Both the position numbers and the translations under genes were made by a program. Source: a virus. Taken from it: 64,000 bases of DNA. The stretch lies in IMG/VR virus record IMGVR_UViG_3300013383_000248. One strand, 5' to 3'. Positions within the stretch are counted from its first letter, which is position 1. Each line of letters opens with the position of its first letter. The notes below the pieces were generated by a model. That model did not search any database. It saw only the letters and a list, made by a program, of their open reading frames with translations, and was not told where the DNA came from. Positions 40,832 through 50,992 of the stretch are shown one piece after another.

Positions 40832-41239
40832 ATGGATGCTCAATTAGTAGCGCAAATATTTCAAATTTGTATTATTCCTTTACTTGGAATTTTAACAACG
40901 TTTTTAATTACTTGGATTAAATCTAAGAAAGATGCTTTAAAACAACAAACAGATAGTGAATTAGCTAAGAAATATTTGGATATGCTTGATAATACAATTA
41001 CTGACTGTGTTATTGCAATGAATCAGACTTATGTTAATTCATTAAAACAACAAGGTAAATTTGATAGTGAAGCACAAAAGAAAGCTTTTACTGATGTATA
41101 CAATAAAGTAATTGCTATTCTTGGCCAAGATGCTATTGAATATTTAAATTCGGCTATTGGAGATTTAAATGAATATATTACTTCTAAAATTGAAAAAGAA
41201 GTCAGCTCAAATAAAATTACTCCAACAGAAGAAAAATAA
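40832..41239 (+). CDS. holin, LL-H family-like (135 aa; one N-terminal transmembrane helix)
   Basis: Tracked intact ORF. N-terminal hydrophobic helix followed by a KKYLDMLDN...EAQKKAFTDVYNKVIAILG...IEKE pattern recalled from the LL-H holin family. Confidence 0.65.
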   Translation: MDAQLVAQIFQICIIPLLGILTTFLITWIKSKKDALKQQTDSELAKKYLDMLDNTITDCVIAMNQTYVNSLKQQGKFDSEAQKKAFTDVYNKVIAILGQDAIEYLNSAIGDLNEYITSKIEKEVSSNKITPTEEK

Positions 41240-41244
41240 TAAAA

Positions 41245-41279
41245 TGGGAGAACCAAATGCGGTTCTCCCATTTTTTTTA
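41245..41279 (+). terminator. rho-independent terminator (TGGGAGAACC-AAATGC-GGTTCTCCCA + T8)
   Basis: Read directly. Confidence 0.85.
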
Positions 41280-41306
41280 TGCTTATTTATTATAATAAAA
41301 TGCCCT

Positions 41307-41348
41307 AAATAATTTCCCAAAATTTTTGACAAAATTGGGAAATTATTT
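41307..41348. promoter_or_regulatory. 14-bp perfect inverted repeat (AAATAATTTCCCAA / TTGGGAAATTATTT) flanking a TTGACA; candidate operator over a -35 element
   Basis: Read directly. A second TTGACA lies at 41347-41352. No clean -10 identified. Confidence 0.4.
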
Positions 41349-41401
41349 GACAATAATTTTTATATAACTATGGAAAGAATAAATAAGAAAGGATTTTAGT
41401 T

Positions 41402-41833
41402 ATGAATTTATATCAAGGTTTTGGAAATAACCAAAGTTATTATCAACCACAAAGAACAAATACAATTGCACCACCGATCCAATAGCCATAGGCTTTTATC
41501 GGATTAAAAGGTCGGCCAGTTTCTTCATTAGAAGAGGCTCGTGCGGCTGCTATTGATTTTGATGGTTCTGTATTTTTCTTTCCTGATTTGGCTAATAAAA
41601 GGATTTATACCAAACAAATTAATTTAGATGGAACGGCATCTATGAATATGTATGAGTATAAAGAAGTTCCTACTGAAGCTTTTAATTCATCTAATTTCGT
41701 CACTCGTTAGGAATTTGATGAAACTTTAAATGATATTAAAGGGGCTTTAAACATGATAGCTTAGTAGACTTAGCAATAGATACAATAGTCAAAGCCAGAA
41801 GAGCAGCAACCTAAGCCGCAAATTAATTTTTAA
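41402..41833 (+). CDS. hypothetical protein (~143 aa) with Gln-rich C-terminus largely encoded by TAG codons
   Basis: The stretch ...IAQQTQQQIQQSK... uses TAG for 6 of its 8 Gln, interleaved with CAA. Ends TAA inside TTTTAAGGAG. Confidence 0.5.
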
Positions 41834-41846
41834 GGAGTAATGGAAT

Positions 41847-42083
41847 ATGCAAATGAATCCTATACAGATTATTCAAATGATAAAAGGTGGGTCTAATCCT
41901 CAACAGTTAATGATGTCATTTTTATAGCAATAGAATAATCCAATGGCTAATAATTTGTTATAGATGGCTCAAAATGGAAATATCGGTGGAATTGAATAGG
42001 TAGCACGAAATATGTGTGCATAGAAAGGATTAGACTTTGATAAAGAATTTAGTTCCTTTAAGCAATAGCTAGGAATTAAATAA
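41847..42083 (+). CDS. small Gln/Asn/Met-rich protein (~78 aa)
   Basis: GGAG 9 nt upstream of the ATG; 7 in-frame TAGs; TAA at 42081-42083. Confidence 0.4.
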
Positions 42084-42110
42084 TATATTTTATTAAAGGA
42101 GGACATTTTT

Positions 42111-42216
42111 ATGTTCAACACAAGCAATGGTTATAGTTTAGCTGATATTGCCGCAGCCACAGGCGGCAATGGATACCATAATGGTGATGATGGTATGTGG
42201 GGTAATGGCGCATGGT
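42111..42216 (+). CDS. exon 1 of a Gly/Asn/Trp-rich late protein (MFNTSNGYSLADIAAATGGNGYHNGDDGMWGNGAW)
   Basis: AAAGGAGG RBS. The ORF hits TAA exactly where a GC-rich structured insert begins. Confidence 0.6.
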
Positions 42217-42485
42217 AAGGTAAAATCTGCCATGGATAAATCGCGGAATTAAGCGGGAAAGCTGAAATGCTAATCCGAACCGAAGGCTAGGTTTAACCTA
42301 GTCAGGGGCAACGCATAGATGGTGAAAAGATATAATCCATCCACGAGGCCGCGACATTTATTTAATAAATGAAAAGATATGCTGAACTAATACGAATAAG
42401 TAAGTATTAGAACTATAAGACAAAAAACTTATAGGATAACATAATGGGATAATTATTTTATTCCTTTTCTGCTTCAATGGATGGG
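42217..42485 (+). mobile_element. ORF-less group I intron (~270 nt; 3' splice site uncertain, 42485 or 42494)
   Basis: A GC-rich island in a 30% GC genome. Exon end CATGGT (42211-42216) pairs with intron GCCATG (42229-42234), giving a U.G pair at the splice site (P1). An in-frame stop sits at the first intron codon. Splicing after a G at 42485 or 42494 restores the frame into the downstream ORF. Confidence 0.6.
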
Positions 42486-43201
42486 GCGGAAATGGTTGGG
42501 GTAATGGTGCCAATGGTGCTGGTTATCAGGGAACTACAACAAGAGAAGAATTAACTTATGGCTTTGATATGAGTGATATTAAGTCCGGCATTAATTCTTT
42601 ACAAACTGGTTTATGCAATGGCTTTGCTGGTGTTAATAATAATTTATTAACTGGCTTTGCTGGCATCACTGAAACTTTAAATGGTAATGCTCGTAGTTTA
42701 CAATCTGATATTTGCAATATGGGTATGACTAATATGTAGAATACCTTTGGTATCACTCAGGCTATTAATGCTGATACAGTTGCTAATATGCAGAATACTA
42801 ATGCTCTTTCTCAATAGTTAAATAATATGGCTGCAACAAATGCCTAGTGTTGTTGTGAGAACAAAAATCTTATTACGTCAAGCTTTGCAGATTTAAATTA
42901 TAATCTTGCTACTGAAGCTTGCCAGAATCGTCAAGCAGTTAACTAGGGTGTAAGAGATATCATTGACAATACTAATGCTAGTATGCGTTCTATCCTTGAT
43001 TTCTTAGTCCAGGATAAGATTGATACTCTTACTGCTGAAAATACTAGTCTTAAGGGCCAGATTTCTTAGAACTTGCAGAATGCTTATTTGGTAGAACAAC
43101 TTTCTCCTAAAGCACAGCCTGCTTATATTGTTGCTAACCCTTATACTGGCAATACCTATACTACTTATGGCTGTGGATATGGCTGTGGTTGCAATTCTTA
43201 A
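42486..43201 (+). CDS. exon 2 of the same protein (GNGWGNGANGAGYQGTT...; Asn/Gln-rich; C-terminal YGCGYGCGCNS)
   Basis: Frame mod 3 = 2, continuous to TAA at 43199-43201, with several TAG(Q) codons. Composition matches exon 1. Confidence 0.6.
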
Positions 43202-43221
43202 TAAGAAAAGAGGAAAAATAA

Positions 43222-43641
43222 ATGGAAATAACAGCTAATGCTTTACAAACGGTAAATGCCAATAGTAATGTAGTGTTTACTAATACCGCTGTTCCAGGTA
43301 GTTGTGCGATGGTGCATCGTGAAGGAAGTGGATTAGTAACTTTACGTGGTATGACTAATCAATGCAGAGCTAGATTTAGAGTAACCTTTGGAGCGAATGT
43401 CGCACTTCCAACAGGTGCTACAGTAGCTCCTATTTCTTTAGCAATAGCTATAAATGGTGAACCCGTTGCTGAAACTACTATGATTTCAACGCCTGCGGCA
43501 GTTGAAGAATTTAATAGTATTTCTCGTGCCTTATTTTTGAATGTCCCTTCTGGATGTTGCCAATAGATAAGCGTAGAAAATACTAGTGCTTCTGCTATTA
43601 GTGTTGAAAATGCCAGTCTTATTATAGAAAGGGTGGCTTGA
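43222..43641 (+). CDS. hypothetical structural protein (~139 aa), high GC, beta-rich
   Basis: Tracked ORF 43222..43566 plus a TAG-readthrough extension to TGA at 43639-43641. Confidence 0.5.
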
Positions 43642-43700
43642 TTACAATGGAGAAATTATGTTAGATTAAGGATACTTTAATAACTTTAGTCGAATAGCAA

Positions 43701-44198
43701 ATGGCTAATCCTCAATGTGTAAATACACATGAAATGGGAGAAGTTATTGATATGATTAAAGATTTGGCCGAAGCCTGTTATTATGGGTCAGTCGTAGATG
43801 CTATGTTGGAAAATAAGGAAGAGGAAGAAATTTATGGTATTGGTATGATGAAAGACCCTCATAAACGCAAGAATCCATATCCTTATTATGTAAATGGGGA
43901 TTATCGTGAAGATAAATATTATACCAAAGATTACGATGGTGGATACAATGGATACAGTTATACAGGCACAGGCGGAATGAATGATGATAATAAAAAAATG
44001 GGCCATAGCCCAATGAAACGTAAATCCTATATCGAGAGTAAGGAACGTCATATGGACTAGGCCCTGTAGATGAGAGAGTTAGAAGATTATGCACAAGTTC
44101 TAACCTCTGATCTTATGGAAATGATTCAGGATGCAACTCCTGAAGAAAAACAATTATTACAAAGAAAGATAGCTACATTGGCTACGAAGATTGTATAA
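43701..44198 (+). CDS. hypothetical protein (~165 aa)
   Basis: Tracked ORF 43701..44060, extended through one TAG to TAA at 44196-44198. Confidence 0.5.
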
Positions 44199-44209
44199 GA
44201 ATAAGAAAT

Positions 44210-44242
44210 AAAGGGAAGCCATTGCTTCCCTTTATTTTTTTT
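44210..44242. terminator. bidirectional rho-independent terminator at the convergence of the late and replication modules
   Basis: AGGGAAGC-CATT-GCTTCCCT hairpin with T-tracts on both strands. The plus gene ends at 44198 and the minus gene ends at 44241. Confidence 0.75.
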
Positions 44243-44642
44243 AGTTTTGAGTTATTTGATTAGAATATTTTTTATGAACTAATTTAAACATTTGATCACC
44301 CTAATGATTTCCCCCCAAAGCATTATATGCTTCATGGTCACTGTCTATATCAGTATATTCTTCTAAGGTAATAATATGTTCAGGTTCTAATAATTTCTAA
44401 CATTTTGAAAGGAATAGCGGCCGCTATAAAGAAAGGATACCTTTTTTAAGAGCTTTTATTTCTTCCTCTTGGAAATCGTGTTTGGTTTGGATTTCTTCAT
44501 GAAGTTCATTAAGAATTTTTTCCTATTTCTCTCCATATTCTTTTTTTACCATTTTAAAAAATTTTCTTAAGAACCAACCAAGACCCGCTATAATTAATCC
44601 AAATAATATTTCTAACCAATATTGCAGGATAAATTCTAACAT
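44241..44642 (-). CDS. small membrane protein (133 aa; N-terminal TM helix then a charged tail); holin/antiholin-like
   Basis: GGGAGG RBS; ATG at 44642..44640; 4 in-frame TAGs; TAA at 44241-44243. Frame length checked (402 nt). Confidence 0.45.
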
Positions 44643-44727
44643 TTATATAATCCTCCCGACATAAAAGTGTCGCTCTTTCTCATTATAAATGAAAGTAGAA
44701 ATTATATAATTGTATAGAATTGCCCGT

Positions 44728-45233
44728 TATTCCCAATTCAATTCATCCTGCTACGATTTAAAATATGCAGTATATAAACATATAGCATCACAAACATCAT
44801 CATTAGCCTATATGCCATATGTATCTTTTACATATTTTATATCAAGAGGTTTAAGATTTTCACGTTTAATGCCGCGGCCTGTCTTAATACCTAAATTTTT
44901 ACGCCATTCGCTAGCCTACATAAATTCTATACTTTTGGAATTTATATTATTATTTACACTATGTGCGCCAAGAACTATAGAACCCTAAAGCCACATAAGT
45001 AATCGGGCAGTGTCTGAATAACCATAAGCTTCTGGATGAACATCTTCAGCAATTAATTTTTCTATATTATATTGTTTTACTAATTCTATAATTCCACTTT
45101 GTATCTTTTGGATGCGGCTTACATTATTAGAAGAAGATGCGGTAAGTAAACCATATGTAATTAACTTACCTTTATCATCTGATATAGCATATCCAGTAGA
45201 TTTAGTGGATAAGTCTAAAAATAAAAAATTCAT
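44728..45233 (-). CDS. ruvC: RuvC-like Holliday junction resolvase (~168 aa)
   Basis: N-terminus MNFLFLDLSTKSTGYAISDD (tracked ORF 44985..45233), continuing through 4 TAGs to ...DDVCDAICLYTAYF.... Matches the lactococcal-phage RuvC pattern from memory. Confidence 0.7.
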
Positions 45234-45275
45234 ATAAATCTCCTCCTATTATAGAAGGAGATTATTATTTATTGA

Positions 45276-45824
45276 TTAATTATTAACGTCCTTGCTTGTG
45301 GAGCCAAATCCGCCGATTCTTTCACCTTCAGCTTTATCATCATCCGTAGTAAGATAATTACGGATTACTCCTTGGCCAATAATATCTCCCTTAGCAATTT
45401 CAATATCAAAGGGAGAAAGATTAATTAACTGGAAATAAATGTGTCCCTCATTGTCAGGATTATTATAATAATCAGCATCAATAATGCCAACTCCATTAGC
45501 AAGAATAATCCAATGCTTCAGAGGAAGTGAAGAACGAACAGATAGCTCAAGGAATTGGCCATCTTCCATATGACATTTCATTCCAGTAGGAACGAGAGTA
45601 GGTTTTAATTTAAGTTCTTTGGTAATTTTAGCCATTTCACTTAAAAAAATAATATCATTAGTAGCAGCGCTATTTCTAAAAGCTTCTACAATATGCGTAT
45701 ATGAAGGAATTACAACATCTTCTGCTGATGCAAAATCATAGCCTGCACTATACTTTGTTTTGCGCTCAGGCATCGGTAAATCCCAATCATTATACTTGCT
45801 CACTTTTTCAAAATAAATACTCAT
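45276..45824 (-). CDS. dut: dUTPase
   Basis: Tracked intact ORF carrying the SAGYDF, GIIDADYYN and RIGGFGSTSK motifs. Confidence 0.9.
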   Translation of the reverse strand: MSIYFEKVSKYNDWDLPMPERKTKYSAGYDFASAEDVVIPSYTHIVEAFRNSAATNDIIFLSEMAKITKELKLKPTLVPTGMKCHMEDGQFLELSVRSSLPLKHWIILANGVGIIDADYYNNPDNEGHIYFQLINLSPFDIEIAKGDIIGQGVIRNYLTTDDDKAEGERIGGFGSTSKDVNN

Positions 45825-45829
45825 TAGTT

Positions 45830-46096
45830 AATTACAGTCTCCCCATCAAAAGTAGCTCTAGTTGTGTAACAAAGTGAAATATGGTCTGTCGGTTCTTTTT
45901 CATCATTGAATTTCTTTACAAGGGTTACTTGATACCATTCATCAATGATTTCGCCTTTCTATTTACGTTCTTTTTTTGTAGAAGAATACTTAGCTAAATC
46001 ATATTCTCTATCCTGCTTAGCATTATTAATAAGTTCAGCAGCTTCTTTTTCTGTATCTACTCTATATACTTCAGTAGTATTAATCAAATATTCAAA
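45830..46096 (-). CDS. hypothetical small protein (~88 aa)
   Basis: ATG at 46096; one in-frame TAG; stop overlaps the dut start. Confidence 0.35.
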
Positions 46097-46110
46097 CATA
46101 TTTTCTCCTA

Positions 46111-46371
46111 TTAATTTACATAAACTTTAATATTGTTATTACTATATTTAGTTACTAAAGAATTTTCAATAGTTTCTTTAAGTCCTTCGCCATACGTTTG
46201 ATTACCGTAAAGATGAATATCACTATCTTTATATTGTTCTGATAACTTAATTAAAGTATCACTAAGATTATCAAGACGGCATGTGCAAACCATAGTGGGC
46301 TTCTTATCATTAGATCCTTGATAATAAATGATTTGTGTTGTATTAAATAAATCAAAATAAGTAAATAACAT
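46111..46371 (-). CDS. hypothetical protein (86 aa)
   Basis: Tracked ORF. Confidence 0.4.
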   Translation of the reverse strand: MLFTYFDLFNTTQIIYYQGSNDKKPTMVCTCRLDNLSDTLIKLSEQYKDSDIHLYGNQTYGEGLKETIENSLVTKYSNNNIKVYVN

Positions 46372-46373
46372 AA

Positions 46374-46889
46374 TTATCTCCCTATTACTGGAACAATACC
46401 AGCATCATAATCAAATAAATGATAGCAATGAGTTTCATCATTATTTGTAATCCAAATTTCAATTGCACCAGAACCGCTATCATTAATATCTTTGATTTGA
46501 CCTAAATCTTTAATAATATCATAAACAGCAGAAGTCATATTAAGGTAAGGATTATCATTACTTAAGCTATCAGTCTCAAATACTGTATAATAATTTAATT
46601 CATTACATAAAAGCATAAAATACTTGTTAGAACTTTCTTGAACATAAGTATCAATAACTTCTAATTTTTTATCTATTTCTTCTGGAGTTAGTTCTTTCAT
46701 TTGGCTAATTACACATTTATTTAATTCATAATTGCTCATTTTAAAATCGACGCCATCTGATAATACACTCCATTCAGTGCCGGACCAGACATAGTTATGA
46801 GTATCAGTTGTATTGTAAAATACATCTCCTACTAATGGCTCTTTCTATATAGCTTCTTCTAAAGTAGCAATTTTTCCTCTATATCTCAT
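46374..46889 (-). CDS. hypothetical protein (~171 aa)
   Basis: Tracked ORF 46374..46739, extended upstream through one TAG to an ATG at 46889 that overlaps the nrdG stop. Confidence 0.45.
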
Positions 46890-47374
46890 TCATTAATCTC
46901 CTTTAAATTTATGATACTTTGATTTTTACTACCTCTCATTGATAATGTAATATCTCTTTGAGATTGGATATAAGGACCGTCAATTAATACATCAGCTTTT
47001 TTGAGAATTTCTTGAAGCTTGCCGTTAGTAGTTTGTTTAACTAAATCCTCATAATAATATCCTGTCCAAATATAAATCTTAGTATCAGGAAGTTTTTCTT
47101 TTACTGTATTAATAAGAAGTAGAGTAAGTAATTGATTTTGTTCGCATAATGGTTCACCACCAAGTATACAAAAATCTCTATGAATACCATTAATAGTTAA
47201 TGCTTCAATTATTTTATTTAATGTATCATTGGTAAATTCTTTGCCTCCATTAAAATCCCAAGTTTCAGGATTCTAACACCCAATACAGTGATTGGGGCAT
47301 CCCTAGACCCAAAATGATACGTTCACCCCTGGGCCGTTAGCCACATCATTATATTTTAAATTAGCATACTTCAT
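46886..47374 (-). CDS. nrdG: anaerobic ribonucleotide reductase activating protein (radical SAM), ~162 aa
   Basis: Translation: MKYANLKYNDVANGPGVNVSFWV-Q-GCPNHCIGC-Q-NPETW..., with TAG at two Gln positions. Not in the ORF track because of the TAGs. Confidence 0.8.
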
Positions 47375-47640
47375 TTTATAATCTCCCAAGAGCAACAATA
47401 TAAATTACAGCAAGGAATAATTACTTGTTCTAATATTTCTTTATTATTATAATCTTTAGATATTTTTACTTTGTAAAATCTATATCCTCTAATATTATGT
47501 TTTATTGGAAACCATATCCATCGTTCATTATTTTCTTGCCATTCTATATAATTTTTTAATTTTCTAGTCGGTATAATATTATTTTTATTTAGATAATTAT
47601 AAATGTCTTGTAAATTATCTGTTATATAAGTACATATCAC
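47371..47640 (-). CDS. hypothetical small Cys-rich protein (89 aa)
   Basis: Tracked ORF; its TGA stop overlaps the nrdG ATG (ATGA). Confidence 0.35.
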   Translation of the reverse strand: MICTYITDNLQDIYNYLNKNNIIPTRKLKNYIEWQENNERWIWFPIKHNIRGYRFYKVKISKDYNNKEILEQVIIPCCNLYCCSWEIIK

Positions 47641-47714
47641 TATCTAATTAGAACAAGGATATTCTCTTCCTTCCTACTAATTAAAATAATTATTTGTCCA
47701 CTTCATTAAATGAT

Positions 47715-49841
47715 TTATAGATGGCATACTCTATCCCTTATTTCATTAGTTCGACCATGATTCCAGAATTGGGAGCCAATATAGCCGCAGGTCCTGCGTG
47801 CGACATTAAGTGTTTCATGATCTCGATTACCACAATTAGGGCAATACCATTCGAGATTATTATCTATTAAAATTTCTCCATCGTAGCCACATTTTTGGCA
47901 ATAATCAGATTTAGTATTTAATTCAGCGTACATGATATGATTATAAATAAATTGCATTACAGTTTCTACTGCTTCAATATTATTTTGGAGATTAGGGGTT
48001 TCAATATAACTAATCGCACCTCCTGGACTTAATGCTTGGAATTCAGCTTCAAGAGCCAATTTATTAAAGGCATCAATTTCTTCAAATACTGGGACATGGT
48101 AACTATTTGTAATGTAATCTCTGTCTTTGCCATCTAGTTTTATAAAAATATCTTTGCCAAAACGCTTTTTAAGACACGTAGCAAATTTATATGTTGTACT
48201 TTCAATTGGTGAACCATAAACGCTATAAGAAATATTCTCTTTGGCCCGCCATTTATTACAAGCATCATTTAAATGTTGCATAACTTTAAGCCCAAATGAT
48301 TTACCGCCTTTGGTATGACTTTCTCCAGTCATATATTTAACACATTCATATAAAGCGGCATAACCGAGAGATAATGTAGAGTAATTATCGTGAAGTAATT
48401 TATGAATACTTTCACCTTGGTTTAATCTCGCTAATGCGCCATATCGCCATAGTATAGGAGAAACATCTGCCGTGGCATGACTTAATCTTTCATGTCTGGC
48501 CTGCAATGCATGATGACATAGCTCAAGCCGTTCATCAAATAATTCCCAGAATTTAGTATAATCTTTTTTAGAACTAAATGCTATATCTGCAAGATTAATT
48601 GTAACCACTCCCTAGTTAAAGCGACCATAGTATTTATGCTCAATGGGGTCAGGCGTAAGGAATGAACGACATCCCATGCATGGATAAACATCACCCTTTA
48701 ATTCTTTCATTATTTTTTCAGAAATATAATCAGGGACTAAGCGCTTTGCAGTGCATTTGGCGGCGAGCTCAGTAAGATACCAATATTTTGTACTAGGATA
48801 AACATTATCAGGTTCAAGAACATATAAGAGTTTAGGGAAGGCTGGGGTAATATATACTCCTTTTTCATTTTTAAATCCGAGAATACGTTGATTTAAAAAT
48901 TCTTCAATAAGCATTGCTAGTTCTTCTTTATATTCATTTGTCTCATTTAAATACATATATACTGATAAAAATGGAGCTTGGCCATTAGTATTAGTCATAG
49001 AATTGGTTTGATAATTAAATGTCTGAACTGCATCAATAATTTCTTTATGCAAATCTTCATTAACATATTTTTCAACCAATTCTTTATCAAAACCTCTATT
49101 TTGGTATTTTTTAATATATCTTTCTTTACTGCTTCTAACAAATGGGGCTAAATGTGTTAATGAAATAGTAGCTCCACCGTAAGAAGAAGAAGTTACAGCA
49201 GCGATAATTTGTGTAGCAATAGTAGTTGCAGTTAGAAGACGATGAGGTTTTTCAATCATTACCCCATTTACCACAGTACCGTTTTGTAACATATCTTCTA
49301 AGTTAATTAACTCGCAGTTGTGTAATGCATTTTGAGCAAAATAATCTGCATCATGAAAATGGATAATACCTTCATCATGCGCTTTTACGATATCTGAATC
49401 AAGTAAAAAACGGCGAGTAATATCAGTGCTAACAATACCAGCCATATAATCTCTTTGAACAGTAGTACGTTTAGCATTCTTATTAGAATTTTCATTATTC
49501 CAATAATCGCTATTGCCTTCTAATAACTCTCTGATAGATTGATCAGTAGTATTAGATTGACGAACCATTTCTTTTTTATATCTATATCTAATATATGCAC
49601 GAGCCACATCACGTCGCTCAGATTGCATTAAATAATCTTCAATTAAGTCTTGGATATCTTCTACTTCAATACTGCCATCAGGGCATTTACTTATCCAAGA
49701 TTCAATATCATTGGCGATATCAATAGCTGTATCATTTTCATAAAGCTACCCATCTACTTCTATAAATGCTTTATTAATAGCATTAGTTATTTTATTTTTA
49801 TCAAATAATACAACTGTGCCATCACGTTTAATTATATACAT
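47715..49841 (-). CDS. nrdD: anaerobic ribonucleoside-triphosphate reductase (~708 aa)
   Basis: ATP-cone N-terminus MYIIKRDGTVVLFDKNKITNAINKAF. Tracked ORFs 48612..49628 and 47715..48608 are in one frame, joined by TAG codons. C-terminus has the glycyl-radical RRTCGYIG and Zn-ribbon CxxC...CxxC. GGAGG RBS. Confidence 0.9.
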
Positions 49842-49877
49842 TCATTAACCTCCGCACTAAATATAATAGGAATTTAC

Positions 49878-50343
49878 TTATACATATTTAGAACTTTTTT
49901 CTAAATAACGTTGATAATTTTTATTTAAAATTTTAGGAGTTTTTTCATACCTCAAATTTCCATTTTTATCATTATAATACTAATCTTTTTCTGACAAATC
50001 AGAAATATTATTTTTTGGAGATTGTAAAATAATTATCTATCTGTCTTTGGATGCATTATTTCCGCCTTTAAGCTAATTATATCCATTTATTGATTCTAAA
50101 GCTGAATATATTTCTATGAATTTTGGTTCTAAATTATTAGCTTCATCTAAAGACAAATTATCAGCTAAAATAATATGTTCAAAATTATCCCAGCCATATT
50201 CTAGAATGTCTTTATAAAATTCTTTCTATTTAAAGTATCCTTTACCGCTTTTCCATCTTAAATTTGGATTTTTCCCGTGTTTTGTCTATCCTATATAAAC
50301 TTTATGATTTATTAAATTTCTATGTAAATAAATACAATAAATA
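49878..50343 (-). CDS. free-standing GIY-YIG homing endonuclease (~154 aa)
   Basis: Sequence IYCIYLHRNLINHKVYIG-Q-T...RWKSGKGY..., where the Q of YIGQT is a TAG. 5 in-frame TAGs. TTG/ATT start near AAGGAGGG. Confidence 0.65.
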
Positions 50344-50407
50344 AGCAATCCCTCCTTAAATTTAAAAATATATATACCTATTATATTTAGTGTTTCTTTA
50401 TTATAGA

Positions 50408-50992
50408 TTAATCATTCTTGCCTAATTCGGCATACCAAAAATGGTCTGTGATTTCAGCTACAATATTTTTTAAATCATTTCTATCTTCATTTACAAATAT
50501 TTTTACATCATTAAATTTTATATTATTAAAATCTTGTTCATCAGCCGCATAACGTCTAATAATTTCTGGAACGTTGGGTGATTCTTCTCTATTCAGTTGA
50601 CGTAATAATCTTTGTTCATCTGAAGCTACAATACCATAAATCTTTAAATCAATTTCTGGAAACGCAGATAAAGCTTTAATTCCAGAAGGATTAAAGATAC
50701 CGATATTAAGTTTATTCTTTCTTAAACAGTTAATACCAGTTCCATACCACCAATTATTAAATTGAACATATTCCAGCATTTGATGATTATCTATCATTTG
50801 TTTAAATTCATTTTCAGTAACAAAATAATAATCTTTTCCTTCAACTTCTCCTTCACGGCCCGGACGAGTAGTGTAAGAAACTATAGAATGAACTATAGGA
50901 TTATTTAATTTTTCTATTTCCTTTAATATGGTGTCTTTGCCTGAACCGGCTTTACCCACTAAGGCGATTAATTTATATTTTTTATTCTTCAT
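50408..50992 (-). CDS. gmk: guanylate kinase-like (194 aa)
   Basis: Tracked ORF with a GKAGSGKDT P-loop and the YTTRPGREGEVEGKDYYFV motif. Confidence 0.8.
   Translation of the reverse strand: MKNKKYKLIALVGKAGSGKDTILKEIEKLNNPIVHSIVSYTTRPGREGEVEGKDYYFVTENEFKQMIDNHQMLEYVQFNNWWYGTGINCLRKNKLNIGIFNPSGIKALSAFPEIDLKIYGIVASDEQRLLRQLNREESPNVPEIIRRYAADEQDFNNIKFNDVKIFVNEDRNDLKNIVAEITDHFWYAELGKND

Noticed and set aside
43788-44094. Two minus-strand ORFs (87 and 97 aa) overlapping gene 43701-44198
   Set aside because: Antisense to a plus-strand gene with RBS and a coherent product; they have no start context.
44710-44988. Tracked plus-strand ORF (92 aa)
   Set aside because: Antisense to the TAG-recoded RuvC C-terminal half, which translates cleanly on the minus strand.
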